Below are positions 38,436 through 49,266 of a stretch of 64,000 nucleotides of DNA, piece by piece. The stretch comes from an uncultured archaeon (lineage in GTDB: Archaea > Asgardarchaeota > Heimdallarchaeia > Heimdallarchaeales > Heimdallarchaeaceae). The notes below the pieces were generated by a model. The model saw nothing but the letters and a program-made list of their open reading frames with translations, was not told where the DNA came from and made no database searches. Where the stretch lies: contig CAZHRF010000008.1 in the NCBI GenBank assembly GCA_964534625.1, forward strand, positions 1 through 64,000. The letters are read 5' to 3'. A program made the position numbers and the translations under genes. Position 1 is the stretch's first letter. Each line of letters begins with the position of its first letter.

Positions 38436-39707
38436 ATGCATACTAACGACGAAGATGACCCTTGGCTTATGGCTTTGTCACAATTAGACAGAATAGCCAA
38501 ACTTATAGATTTAGATCCAGATATACATGAATTTTTAAAAAACCCAATGCGTATTTATGAAGTAAATTTTCCTGTCAAAATGGATAATGGCTCAATTAAA
38601 GTATTTAAGGGCTTTAGAGTCCATCATGTAGAGATATTTCCAAGCAAAGGGGGGATAAAATATGCCCCGTACGTAACTAAAGAAGAAATGCAAGCATTAG
38701 CCATGTGGATGACGTGGAAATGTGCAGTTGTTGAACTCCCCTACTCTGGCGCAAAGGGTGGCGTTATATGTGACCCTACTAAGATGTCTGTAAGGGAAAT
38801 AGAGAACCTTACTCGTCGATACACTTTCCAGTTATGTAATGTTTTTGATCCCCAATATGATATACCTGCTCCCGATGTTAATACCTCATCACGCGAAATG
38901 GCTTGGATTTACGACACATATAGTATGAATAAAGGTCATTCAGTACTTGGTGTTGTTACTGGTAAGCCTGTTGAAGTTGGGGGTTCTAAAGGTAGAGATG
39001 CTGCTACAGGAAGAGGGGTCTTTTTCACAACACGTGAGATTCTTAAAAAGAAAAATAAGCCTTTAGAAGGGGCCACTATAGCTATTCAAGGTTTTGGTAA
39101 TGTTGGATCATGGTTTGCTAGAATAGCTCATGAGCATGGGGCAAAGGTGGTTGGTATTGTTGATCTTTATGGTGGGGTATATAATCCCGATGGCTTAGAT
39201 ATAGAAGATTTGTACAAATATGTCTATGAAAATGGAGATAATCCAATAAAAACAGTCAAAGATTATCCCAAAGCTGATCCATTGACCAACGAAGAATTAT
39301 GGAAATTAGATGTGGATGTATTAAGCCCTTGTGCAACTGAAGGTCAGATAACTAAACAAAATGCACCTGATATAAGAGCCAAGATTATTGTTGAAGGAGC
39401 TAATGGACCAACAACACCTGAAGCTGACGACATTCTTACTGAAAAAGACATAGTTGTAGTACCAGATATACTCGCTAATGCTGGTGGTGTAACCGTAAGT
39501 TATTTTGAATGGGTACAAGGCAATGACGCACTCTTTTGGGAAGAAGAAGAAGTTAACAAAAGACTTGAGCAGATAATGGTCAAAGCATTCAATGAAGTTT
39601 ATGATAAGAAACAAGAAATGGATGTACCAAGTTTAAGATTAGCTGCCTACGCCATTGCAGTAAAAAGAGTTGCTAAACAAATAGAACTTAGGGGTATCTA
39701 TCCCTAA
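38436..39707 (+). CDS. gdhA: Glutamate dehydrogenase
   Basis: KGGIKY, MTWKCA, GAKGG, DIPAPDV, VVTGKP, QGFGNVG, EGANGP, NAGGVTVSYFEWVQ. Confidence 0.96.
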   Translation: MHTNDEDDPWLMALSQLDRIAKLIDLDPDIHEFLKNPMRIYEVNFPVKMDNGSIKVFKGFRVHHVEIFPSKGGIKYAPYVTKEEMQALAMWMTWKCAVVELPYSGAKGGVICDPTKMSVREIENLTRRYTFQLCNVFDPQYDIPAPDVNTSSREMAWIYDTYSMNKGHSVLGVVTGKPVEVGGSKGRDAATGRGVFFTTREILKKKNKPLEGATIAIQGFGNVGSWFARIAHEHGAKVVGIVDLYGGVYNPDGLDIEDLYKYVYENGDNPIKTVKDYPKADPLTNEELWKLDVDVLSPCATEGQITKQNAPDIRAKIIVEGANGPTTPEADDILTEKDIVVVPDILANAGGVTVSYFEWVQGNDALFWEEEEVNKRLEQIMVKAFNEVYDKKQEMDVPSLRLAAYAIAVKRVAKQIELRGIYP

Positions 39708-39830
39708 GTTAAACTTACCAATCCGAGCATCATATCTGGGATTTATTTTTGCTCATTATTTTGCTCATTATTTATAGATTTAGAAAAAGGAAAGAAAAAT
39801 AAAAAGGGAAACTTTTCATTCTTGTAGAAC

Positions 39831-41921
39831 TTAGAAATGAATGTTTGTCCAATAAACTGGATGATCAGTATACGATTCTGGGGGTGGTATGTACGTAGAA
39901 CCTGTGATAGTAAATTCGGGAGAAACAAAAATATGATCGATTCGCCTAGTCATGTCTAAACCATTTCCTGTTCCATCAGGATATACTGCCAGCCATGTGT
40001 CAACCAAAACGTCTACGGATTTGTTATAGTAAATTGAACCTTGGCGGAAATTGAAATCCCCCATCGAAATAACATTATCCAATCCCTCTATTCGATCCAT
40101 GAGTGTCTCAATATGAGCTAAAAAGGCATCATGAGATCCTGCGGGATGGTTATTAAATATATGAAAGGTTCTTCCTCCTACTTCAATTTGAACATAAGCT
40201 GTTCCTATCTCATCTTTATCACTATACGTAAAGAAGGTTTCCGCAGCGGTAATTGGATAGCGTGAAAGTATGGCAGTTCCATATGTGCCTGTAACCTTCT
40301 TTGGACCGTAATAGGAGTAGAAGCCGAGTTTTTCAGCATAATATCGTACAACATCGGAATTACCCCCTCCTAGTTTTGCAGTATCGGATTCTTGTAAGGC
40401 AATAATATCCGCATTCGAGTCAATAATAACTTGTAATTGTTGATCATAGTTTTTACTCCCCGCTTCATTAACCCCATTTTGAATGTTGTAAGTCATTAGT
40501 GTTAATGAAGTAATATTATCCAAATCTTGAGGAGCTGCCCAAAGTTCTGGGGATGAAATCAACACCGCGGTGAAGGTACTGAGAAAAGTCATACTAATCA
40601 AGACTATACCTATCATTGCTGTTTTACGTAACTTCCCTTTGAATATTTTATGGTTTACCATAAGATCTTTTAGTTTTTGAATTCCTAGATCTCCATACTT
40701 AACGCAAAGTAAACCTAGCCAGATTCCGAGTATAGCTATAAGGAACGGAAACCAAAATTTGTTACGAAAAATTTGAGAGATTGGTTCAACATAGCCCCAT
40801 ATATTGGTAAAAACAAATATGAAGACTACTAAGATAAAATGCAATCCGCCTAACGTAAATCCTGTCGCCAGTTGGGGGATAGTAGGCTGTAATTGAATTA
40901 GCTGACGGATAATCAGCATAAAATCAAAGTAAATAATTGGTGAACTGAGAACCATTAGATAGAGGGGAATCTGCTGATACCACTCTGGAGAAGTGACAGT
41001 AACAGCTGGTGATGAGGGTAATGGGGGAAATCTGATTGTATGGGCTAGAATCGTGATTAAGAGAGTTATTCCAAAAATTAAATTCCAACCCATGAAATAT
41101 TCTTTTTTGTGAATGAATACTAGCCATTCTGGTTTTATAACAGAAAGTATTATAAAACCACTGAGTGACCCAGATAAAAGTGTGACTATGACAATATAAT
41201 TTCCTTCAGTCCAGCGAGATATAACAGTGGGGCTTTCAAATGCAATATATATTAAAAGAAAAATACTGATGATCCCCAAAATTAATCCAACAACCCGCAT
41301 AAAAGGAGCTTTATTTTTACTTGGTTCTTTCATGGGTTTTGTTGCATATTCATCTGATTTAGTTAAGTTAAAAACATAAAACACCGCTATTATACCAATA
41401 AACCAGGCTATAATTTGATATGTTTTGTAAAATGTTAAATCAACCGTACTGTTCAAAGATCGAAACAATATTGACAATAAAACCGTTCCAGTCAAACCCA
41501 ATCCGAACTTAAGGCTTGATTGTTCATAATTACTATGTGATTGATGCCAGAGAAACAACGGAAAGAAGATCATAAATCCTCCAACTGAGATCCCTGAAAA
41601 AACAAGGCAAAGAACTGTATCAAATAGTGGTGCTAATAAACGAAACAAAATCATTCCCAATCCACTAAAATGCAAGATTTTTGTGTGGATCAGCTTCCAG
41701 TCATGAGAAGAAGATTTTTCTTTATTCAATCCAAATAAATACAGAAATGCTGCGAAAAGAAAGAAAACAATTCCTACTGCGTGTTCATCAATTCCTGTTC
41801 CCAATAAGCCCTTCATGTATATGGCTTCGATTAATAACGTTACCGCTTGGAAGAAAAAGAGGAAAATAACTCCAATACCAATTGCGTCTAGAATTCTATG
41901 TTTATCATACAATGATTCCAT
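39831..41921 (-). CDS. Polytopic membrane protein with C-terminal EEP domain (CWH43/PGAP2IP-like)
   Basis: About 12-13 TM; MTYNI, ALQESD, GTAILSRYPI, MGDFN, IDHIF, TDH. Confidence 0.85.
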   Translation of the reverse strand: MESLYDKHRILDAIGIGVIFLFFFQAVTLLIEAIYMKGLLGTGIDEHAVGIVFFLFAAFLYLFGLNKEKSSSHDWKLIHTKILHFSGLGMILFRLLAPLFDTVLCLVFSGISVGGFMIFFPLFLWHQSHSNYEQSSLKFGLGLTGTVLLSILFRSLNSTVDLTFYKTYQIIAWFIGIIAVFYVFNLTKSDEYATKPMKEPSKNKAPFMRVVGLILGIISIFLLIYIAFESPTVISRWTEGNYIVIVTLLSGSLSGFIILSVIKPEWLVFIHKKEYFMGWNLIFGITLLITILAHTIRFPPLPSSPAVTVTSPEWYQQIPLYLMVLSSPIIYFDFMLIIRQLIQLQPTIPQLATGFTLGGLHFILVVFIFVFTNIWGYVEPISQIFRNKFWFPFLIAILGIWLGLLCVKYGDLGIQKLKDLMVNHKIFKGKLRKTAMIGIVLISMTFLSTFTAVLISSPELWAAPQDLDNITSLTLMTYNIQNGVNEAGSKNYDQQLQVIIDSNADIIALQESDTAKLGGGNSDVVRYYAEKLGFYSYYGPKKVTGTYGTAILSRYPITAAETFFTYSDKDEIGTAYVQIEVGGRTFHIFNNHPAGSHDAFLAHIETLMDRIEGLDNVISMGDFNFRQGSIYYNKSVDVLVDTWLAVYPDGTGNGLDMTRRIDHIFVSPEFTITGSTYIPPPESYTDHPVYWTNIHF

Positions 41922-42177
41922 AATATGAATTCAACTGCAGTTGTATATTAATTTTCTCGGTACTTTATTAGTTTGTTTTCTGAGAAGACTAGTGAGCCTT
42001 TTTAGGGTGATATTATGAAAATTCAACCTAGTCTGTTGTTCTAAATGACTAAATCTTGAAACACATTACAAGTTTCAAAACCTAATCTTATTAGTCTCAT
42101 ATAATATTTCATTAAACCAGCTGGAAATCTTTTATTATTTAAGAACATTTATTATGCTGTATTATTTATCGAACACT

Positions 42178-44043
42178 ATGGCATGTCAAAGATTCCAAGA
42201 TCAATCTTCATCTTTTTATAATTATCTTTCGGCAAAGTGGTATTCTAAAGGCAAACTATGGTGGCTGCTTGGTCATACATTACAGCACAAATTAAGTTTA
42301 ATTACTATTACAATTTTTTCTATAGTTGGGATAGGCTTTCAAACTATTATTCCATTTATCTTAGGTGATCTATTTGAAATTATGTCTCCTTCTTTAGATC
42401 TTACCATTGTGATTAATTATGGTTTGTTGGTTCTTTTTTTAGGAGGAGCTAAGCTCCTTACGAATTTTATTGCTTCTGCACTTAATGAAGTCATGGCTCA
42501 GAAAGTTGAAATGCAAATTAGGATAGAATTTTATGAATCTTTACAAACAAAAAGCATGGATTTTCATGATGAAAGTAGAGTAGGAGATCTAATGAGCATG
42601 GCAACCCAAGATACACGTATGATTAATGCGTCTGTATCTCCTGGAGTTCGAATGATTTCTACCACCATAATATCGTTATTAGTTACATTTATTGCAATGT
42701 GGATAGCATCACCAATCCTTTCGATTATTTTCTTGCTTATTCTTCCTCTCTACATATATTTATTAAAAAGGTTTGCAACCAATCTCATTCCCTTGAGTAT
42801 AGAAAGACAGTCTAAAGTAGCACAGATGAGTGCTGAATTACAAGAAAATTTGACAGGAGTGAGAGTTGTTCGTACATTTAGTGGACAAGATCGTGAGATA
42901 AAAAAATTTGATTTAACCGCTCAAGAATTAAAAGATATTCTTATTAAACGAGGTGTCACTAGTGCTTTTTATATTCCGCTACTTCTCATTGGTCTTGTAA
43001 ATGCTGTCATTTTTCTTGGTGCTGTATATTTGATAGAAGCTACATTAGGTGGAAGTATAATTCTCTTGGGTTTTACTATTGAACAAATAGGGATTGGGGA
43101 ACTAATTACTTTTCTAATTTTAACCTCATTTTTAACTATGCCAACTATGTTTCTAAGATGGATTATAGATATGACTTTACTTGGTTTTGCGGGTGCAGAG
43201 AGAATATTTAATGTGCTTGCTGGTGAAGCGGAACCATCACAAGGGGCTTATATACCTGAAACTGTAAAAGGAGAAATAATATTTGATAATGTCTCTTTTT
43301 CGTATAAAAAAGATAGTCCTCTTGTTATAAACAATGTTTCACTAAAAATAGAGCCAGGGGAATCTATTGTAATACTGGGACCTACAGGTTGTGGCAAAAC
43401 TACACTAGTCAAGCTATTGCTTTATCTCTATTGTGTTAACGGCGGGTCAATTAAAGTCGATGGTGTAAATATTACAGAATGGGATATTAATTATCTGAGA
43501 CAGAATATAGGAGTTATAGAGCAAGATACTTTTTTGTTTAGCTCAACAATTAAAAACAACATAGCGTACGGAAAAAATGACGCCACAGATGAAGAAATAA
43601 TAGCTGCTGCTAAATCTGCTCAAGCTCATGAATTTATAATGAATCTTGAAAATGGATATGATACTGTTGTAGGAGAACGGGGAATTACTCTTTCTGGTGG
43701 TCAAAAACAACGTGTTGCAATGGCTAGAGGTTTTGTTCTTAACCCTAAGATTCTTGTTATGGATTCTTCTACTAGTGCTGTAGATGCTGAAACTGAGGCT
43801 AAGATACAAAAGGCCATTGATACTATTCTGATAGGCAGAACGACCATTATTATTACTCATCGATTATCAACACTTAGAAGTGCTTCCAAAATTGTTTTTA
43901 TGGAAAAGGGCACGATTAAAAAAATTGGCAAGCATGAAGAGTTGATAAAAAGCTTTGAACCCTATCGGGATATTTTTAAACGTTATTTGGATCTTCCTCC
44001 TTTGGAAGAAAACAGTATTGTTGCTGGTGGAGGTGATGATTAA
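42178..44043 (+). CDS. ABC exporter half-transporter (degenerate Walker B)
   Basis: TMD plus GPTGCGKT, LSGGQKQR, LVMDSSTSAVD. Confidence 0.93.
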   Translation: MACQRFQDQSSSFYNYLSAKWYSKGKLWWLLGHTLQHKLSLITITIFSIVGIGFQTIIPFILGDLFEIMSPSLDLTIVINYGLLVLFLGGAKLLTNFIASALNEVMAQKVEMQIRIEFYESLQTKSMDFHDESRVGDLMSMATQDTRMINASVSPGVRMISTTIISLLVTFIAMWIASPILSIIFLLILPLYIYLLKRFATNLIPLSIERQSKVAQMSAELQENLTGVRVVRTFSGQDREIKKFDLTAQELKDILIKRGVTSAFYIPLLLIGLVNAVIFLGAVYLIEATLGGSIILLGFTIEQIGIGELITFLILTSFLTMPTMFLRWIIDMTLLGFAGAERIFNVLAGEAEPSQGAYIPETVKGEIIFDNVSFSYKKDSPLVINNVSLKIEPGESIVILGPTGCGKTTLVKLLLYLYCVNGGSIKVDGVNITEWDINYLRQNIGVIEQDTFLFSSTIKNNIAYGKNDATDEEIIAAAKSAQAHEFIMNLENGYDTVVGERGITLSGGQKQRVAMARGFVLNPKILVMDSSTSAVDAETEAKIQKAIDTILIGRTTIIITHRLSTLRSASKIVFMEKGTIKKIGKHEELIKSFEPYRDIFKRYLDLPPLEENSIVAGGGDD

Positions 44044-45830
44044 TGTCACAAATGTTCGATAAAGCAAAGAAACAATTTTTTGATCAAGAGTACAGTTTCA
44101 GTGAAATCCTCTCCATGCTCTGGGCTTATGCTAGAAACGAGAGAAAAAATCTCTTTCTTTTATTTATTACATTAATTCTCAATACAGCCATTACTATTAT
44201 TGTTCCTCTCCTAATCAGTACAGCTATAGATTATTTAACTTTTGAGGGATCTATTGATTTTAGGACCATACACATCTATGGATGGCTATTTTTAATTGGT
44301 AATATACTCACCTTTATTGCTTTCTTTTTTGTAGTAAGGGCTCAATGGACAATTGTAGCTCGTACAGTTACTAGATTGCGTCTAGATATGTTCATATCAT
44401 TGCAAAAACATGATCTATCTTTCTATGATCGTGTAAAAACAGGACGGATAATGAGCAGAGTAATGGATGATACTTGGGAATTAAGCACCTTTATGCTTAT
44501 TTTTGTTGATCTGGTCATTAATGGCGCAGCTATCATTATTATGGTGTCTATTTTATTCAGTGTTGAATGGAGATTAACTTTTGGAGTTCTAAGCATAGTA
44601 CCTTTAATAGCGTTTATGATGTTTGTATTAGGTTCTTTAATTGTCAGATTAAGCCGTGAATGCCAACAAACTGTTGCAGCAGTTAATGGTGCAATGCAAG
44701 AGTCTGTAGCTGGAATAGCTATCTCTAAAAGTTTTTCTCGTGAGGCTAAAAACAAAAAAGAGTTTTATGATCTAAATAAAGATAATTTAAGAGCGAATAT
44801 TAAACGAAGCTTAACTTTTGCGAGTTTCTTTCCTATTTTTGAATTTCTTTCTCACTTGATTATTTTCGTTATAGTTTTTCAAGGTGCTCGTTATGTTATC
44901 GAAGGTACTATTACCCCAGGTGATTTATATCTTTTCTATCTCTATTCATTACAACTAATAGGCCCACTTATTAATTTCAGCCAACAAATAGCTCAATTTC
45001 AATCAGGTCGTGCTGCAGCTGAAAGGATCTTTTCTTTAATTCAAGTGCCTAGTTTTATGAAAACAGGATCGATTATTACTGAAGATATTACAGGCAGAAT
45101 AGAATTTAGAAATGTTGTATTTGGCTATAGTGATACTGCAATTTTATTTGACAATGTTAGTGTAACAATTGAAGCAGGGCAAAATATAGCCATAGTTGGA
45201 CATACTGGATCAGGTAAAACCTCATTTATTTCTTTACTTGCTCATTTCTACGAGATCCAGAAAGGTGAGATATTAGTTGATGATATGAATATAAGAAAAA
45301 TGAATGTAGATGATTATAGGAACCATTTAGGAATAGTGCTACAAGATCCTTATTTGTTTTCAGGTACTATTCTTGATAATATCAAGTATGGTAATCCCAC
45401 TGCTATAGAAAAAGAAATAGAAAGAGCTATTGAAGCAAGTCATGTAAAAGACTTTATTGAATTTTTACCTGAGGGATTACTGACACAAGTAGGCGAAAGA
45501 GGATCAAAATTATCTTTAGGACAACGTCAATTAGTATCATTAGCTCGTGCTTTAGTAGCCAACCCTAAAATTTTGGTATTGGATGAGGCCACAGCATCAG
45601 TAGATGCTTATACTGAAAGTCTAATACAAGATGCTTTAGAAAGTTTGTTCAAAGACAGAACATCTATCGTTATTGCTCATAGATTATCTACAGTAATTGG
45701 AGCTGATAGGATACTTGTGTTCCAAGAAGGAAAAATTGTTGGTGATGGTTCTCACCATGAATTAATAGAAAATAATCTTACATACCAAGAGCTCTACAAA
45801 ACTTATTATGAGTTTCAAGGTGTCTTCTGA
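44043..45830 (+). CDS. ABC exporter half-transporter (heterodimer partner)
   Basis: TMD plus GHTGSGKT, LSLGQRQ, LVLDEATA; start overlaps the upstream stop (TAATG). Confidence 0.93.
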   Translation: MSQMFDKAKKQFFDQEYSFSEILSMLWAYARNERKNLFLLFITLILNTAITIIVPLLISTAIDYLTFEGSIDFRTIHIYGWLFLIGNILTFIAFFFVVRAQWTIVARTVTRLRLDMFISLQKHDLSFYDRVKTGRIMSRVMDDTWELSTFMLIFVDLVINGAAIIIMVSILFSVEWRLTFGVLSIVPLIAFMMFVLGSLIVRLSRECQQTVAAVNGAMQESVAGIAISKSFSREAKNKKEFYDLNKDNLRANIKRSLTFASFFPIFEFLSHLIIFVIVFQGARYVIEGTITPGDLYLFYLYSLQLIGPLINFSQQIAQFQSGRAAAERIFSLIQVPSFMKTGSIITEDITGRIEFRNVVFGYSDTAILFDNVSVTIEAGQNIAIVGHTGSGKTSFISLLAHFYEIQKGEILVDDMNIRKMNVDDYRNHLGIVLQDPYLFSGTILDNIKYGNPTAIEKEIERAIEASHVKDFIEFLPEGLLTQVGERGSKLSLGQRQLVSLARALVANPKILVLDEATASVDAYTESLIQDALESLFKDRTSIVIAHRLSTVIGADRILVFQEGKIVGDGSHHELIENNLTYQELYKTYYEFQGVF

Positions 45831-45897
45831 TTTCAGATATTTTCTCTTCTTACATTTTCTATGATAACTCATGTTCTATTTTCCTCTCCTTTCTCTA

Positions 45898-46241
45898 TTA
45901 TAGTGTTCGTTCATTTTTAACCCCCTCATTTTTACTAGAATCAAACCTACGTGGGTTATCACAACTCGTGGGAACAGATTCTTCTGTGTTCTCCCTCTCA
46001 TCGAATGTATTCAATAAGTGATAAAGTTCGATATCAATTTCTAACGAGGGAACAGCAGTACTACCTCGTACAAAAACAGCTTTATGGGGATTATACCGCC
46101 CAAAATTAACGTCTTTTCCCAAGATGTCTAATATTATTAGTTCAATAAAAGTAAGTGGAATATCGGTCTTTTCTGCAATCCAATATAAAGGCCTAAAAAA
46201 AGTTTCCTATGTTTTTCTGATAAGTAATACGATAAATACAT
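45898..46241 (-). pseudogene. Frameshifted small winged-helix (PCI-like) protein
   Basis: SD AGGTGAG then ATG 46241; one extra T in the T7 run (46195-46201) joins it to ..IAEKTDIPLTFIELIILDILGKDVNFGRYNP.. Confidence 0.4.
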
Positions 46242-46267
46242 ATAATATCTCACCTAATCGTTAAAAG

Positions 46268-47569
46268 ATGAACATTGTAATGCTTTCAGCTTCATATTAT
46301 CCGAGGACAGATGGAGTAGCTGATCAAGTACACAAAATAGCAGAAAATATGTTAAAACAAGGGCATAATGTTGTTTTATTTGTTCTGGATCAGAAAAATC
46401 AAGTTGAGCAAAAAACGAAAGGTTACAAAGTGCATAGATTCGAAAGTAATAAATTACAAACTTACACAGATAGTTTTTTTTATCGAACAGATTATCCAAA
46501 AGAAAATATCAAAAGCATTCTGGATATATTTGAACCCGATATTCTCCATGTACATTCACCTTTTACAATGGCTCACTGGGCTGAAAGGATTGCAAAAGAT
46601 TATGAAATACCTATTGTGGCAACATATCATACGTTTATGTTAGATCATGCAAAATTGTTATTGAAAAAAAATATTAGAAATGGCCTATACATATCCTTCC
46701 TAAAACTTCTATTAAGAACATTTGGTAACTTTTTCTTAAACAGTATATTCAAGGCAGCCAACCTTAATATTGCTCCTTCAAAAAATGTGAAAGCGTTTTT
46801 GCATAAAAAAGGCATCAATCATGTAGAAACGGTTTATAATTTGGTTGAAATTCCTGAATTCTCAAAAAACACTGAAAAAATACAAAAGAAATTTAATATC
46901 AATGCCGATGATTTTGTTATTTTACACGTAGGGAGACTATCTCCTGAAAAAAGAATTGACGTATTGTTACATGTTACTAAACAGTTGGTTGAAAAAGGCT
47001 ATGGAAATAAAATTAAAGTTGTTATCACAAGTAAAGGAATTCTAGCTAAAGAATTGCGAGAGATCACAAAAGATCTTAATATACAAGATCAAGTTATTTT
47101 TACAGGTTTCTTAAATAGTTCAGATCTTTATACTTGTTACAGTATCGCTGATATATTTGTGGATCCAAGTATCTATGATACGTTTAATATTTGTGTTCTA
47201 GAGGCATTGATAATGGGTCTGCCTGTTGTTGGTGCAGACTCAAAAGGAGTGGGAGAATTGATAGAAAATGATGAAGTAGGAATTGCCATTCCTTCTGATG
47301 AGAAAGAAATAGAAAAATATGCAGAAGCAATAATTGATTTAATAAATAATCCTCACAGATTAAAAAAATTAGCTGAGAAAGCACAAACATATTCAAAAGA
47401 GAAGTATAACATCAAAAAACAAGTAAAAAAATTAGAGCAGTTATATCAAAATGTTATAGATGGTAAATATCAAAGAGAGAAAAAAAGACTAAGACTAAGA
47501 CTAAGATACCTAATCAATCACATTAAGTATAAGATTTTGCTAAATATAGTAAAAAGGCTGAATATATAG
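46268..47569 (+). CDS. Glycosyltransferase family 4 (MGDG synthase/PimA-like)
   Basis: YYPRTDGV, PDILHVHSPF, VATYHT, VGRLSPEKR, DTFNICVLEALIMGLPVV. Confidence 0.92.
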   Translation: MNIVMLSASYYPRTDGVADQVHKIAENMLKQGHNVVLFVLDQKNQVEQKTKGYKVHRFESNKLQTYTDSFFYRTDYPKENIKSILDIFEPDILHVHSPFTMAHWAERIAKDYEIPIVATYHTFMLDHAKLLLKKNIRNGLYISFLKLLLRTFGNFFLNSIFKAANLNIAPSKNVKAFLHKKGINHVETVYNLVEIPEFSKNTEKIQKKFNINADDFVILHVGRLSPEKRIDVLLHVTKQLVEKGYGNKIKVVITSKGILAKELREITKDLNIQDQVIFTGFLNSSDLYTCYSIADIFVDPSIYDTFNICVLEALIMGLPVVGADSKGVGELIENDEVGIAIPSDEKEIEKYAEAIIDLINNPHRLKKLAEKAQTYSKEKYNIKKQVKKLEQLYQNVIDGKYQREKKRLRLRLRYLINHIKYKILLNIVKRLNI

Positions 47570-47614
47570 TGGTAATGATTAACCTAAACATGCTAACAAA
47601 AAAAGAGGAGTATT

Positions 47615-48148
47615 ATGAAATTTTATGTTGATGCTATGCTAGGAAAATTAGGGCGATATCTAAGGCTTTTAGGCTTTGATACTCTAATAGCAGATGAAAT
47701 AACTAAGGATCATCAAATTCTTTGTAAAACTATCAAAGAAGAAAGGATATTAATTACCCGCGACAAAGAATTATATTCTATCACTAAAAGAGAATATCAA
47801 GAGAAAGCGAAGGATTTACCTGATAATCACTTATTAATTAAAAATGATGATTTGGTTTGTCAATTAGCTACTTTCTTTATACACTTTGACATTAACGTTG
47901 ATCAATATACGTGGAAAGGAAAGGATATCCCTTTTGTTAAATCGCGTTGTACGAAATGTAATGCTGAGATTGAAGAAGTAGAAAAAACAGAGATACTAGA
48001 AGAAATCCACCAAAGGACAGCTAAGCATTATGATCTATTTTTTCGCTGTCAAAATGAACAATGTAAACAGGTATATTGGATAGGAAAGGCACATTGGAAG
48101 AATATCGTAAAAACAATAAAAAGAGCAAAAGAAAAAATGGAGAAATAA
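47615..48148 (+). CDS. Mut7-C RNase domain protein
   Basis: FYVDAMLGKLGRYLRLLGFDT, LITRD, SRCTKCN, C..CKQVYW.G.HW. Confidence 0.92.
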   Translation: MKFYVDAMLGKLGRYLRLLGFDTLIADEITKDHQILCKTIKEERILITRDKELYSITKREYQEKAKDLPDNHLLIKNDDLVCQLATFFIHFDINVDQYTWKGKDIPFVKSRCTKCNAEIEEVEKTEILEEIHQRTAKHYDLFFRCQNEQCKQVYWIGKAHWKNIVKTIKRAKEKMEK

Positions 48149-48220
48149 AACAACCTGCATATCTCTATCTTCTTAAGTGCTATTCAGTACTAACCAGAAA
48201 AGTTTTTATCTATTATTTAT

Positions 48221-49156
48221 CTATTTATTTCGGAAGAAAATCTTTCTAAATAGATTTTTGAAAATGTCTATTGCCATCAACGGATTTGCAGTTAATCTTC
48301 TTTTGAGATACGCTGTTGCATTTTTCTTCCTCTCTGCGAAAGGAACGTATAATCGCATTATAAACCCTTTTTCCATAATTATTTGTTGAATTTTTTTTCT
48401 TGGAACGCCTAATAACATCTGATACTCTATTTGTTCTGGAGTATATCTCTTTTTCTCGCTTATTTCCATCATCTTCTTGATTAATTTTTCATCATGGGTT
48501 GCAAAACCAACATAATATCCTTTTGTAATTAATAATTGGGCTTGATCGATCATTCGTTCTTTCATCGATGGTTTGTGTGTGAGAGCTATGTCTTTAGGCT
48601 CTTTGTAAATACCAATACACAACCTAATGCGAGCATTATCCACATTCATTTGTTCAATGTCATTTTTGGTTCTATGTAATCGTGTTTGAAGTACAGTCCC
48701 AAGAGTCGGATACATAGGTTTGAATTTTTCATATGATTCTAATGTAGGATCAGTAAATTTATGATCTTCCATGTCAATTGTAATTTTTATTGCCTTTTCT
48801 TGAGCTTTTTTCAGTACTTTTTCCAAACTCGTGAAGTAATATGTTTTACTTACTAGCAATCCTAAAGAACTAGGTTTGACAGAAATAGTTGTATATTGTT
48901 GCATGTTTTCTTCACTTACCCGCTTAATTAAGTCTTTATAGAGTTCAACTGCATGCTCCACTTCTTCTGCATCTTCTAAATCCTCTCCCAGTAGATCCAT
49001 CGTGGAATATAATCCATTAGTTTCATAAATTTTTTTAGCAGTTTGTATACCTTCTTCAAGACTATTCCCACCCAAATAAGGTGATGCAAAAAGATGTATG
49101 AGAAAAGGAGGCATTAAACGAACAAAGAAAGCATTGATATTTGTTATAATTGACAT
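48221..49156 (-). CDS. Monofunctional proline dehydrogenase
   Basis: DLLGE, SVKPSSLG, IDMED, RLCIGIYKEP, ATHD, EYQMLLGV, RLYVPF..YLKRRL. Confidence 0.92.
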   Translation of the reverse strand: MSIITNINAFFVRLMPPFLIHLFASPYLGGNSLEEGIQTAKKIYETNGLYSTMDLLGEDLEDAEEVEHAVELYKDLIKRVSEENMQQYTTISVKPSSLGLLVSKTYYFTSLEKVLKKAQEKAIKITIDMEDHKFTDPTLESYEKFKPMYPTLGTVLQTRLHRTKNDIEQMNVDNARIRLCIGIYKEPKDIALTHKPSMKERMIDQAQLLITKGYYVGFATHDEKLIKKMMEISEKKRYTPEQIEYQMLLGVPRKKIQQIIMEKGFIMRLYVPFAERKKNATAYLKRRLTANPLMAIDIFKNLFRKIFFRNK

Positions 49157-49266
49157 CTTATTTACCTCGTTTGTTATACTTTGTCTTCAAAACTTTTTGA
49201 ACTTTGTCTATTAGTTTCATAATATCCCTTAAAGTTTTAATATAAGCTCTTTTTTCTATACCACGT

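Noticed and set aside
42178-45830. Degenerate Walker B and signature motifs in the ABC pair
   Set aside because: Normal asymmetry of heterodimeric TM287/288-type exporters
47485-47506. (aagact)3.7 microsatellite; short intergenic duplications near 17725, 25394, 39748 and 54229
   Set aside because: In-frame or two-copy slippage duplications without spacers; not CRISPR and no evident function
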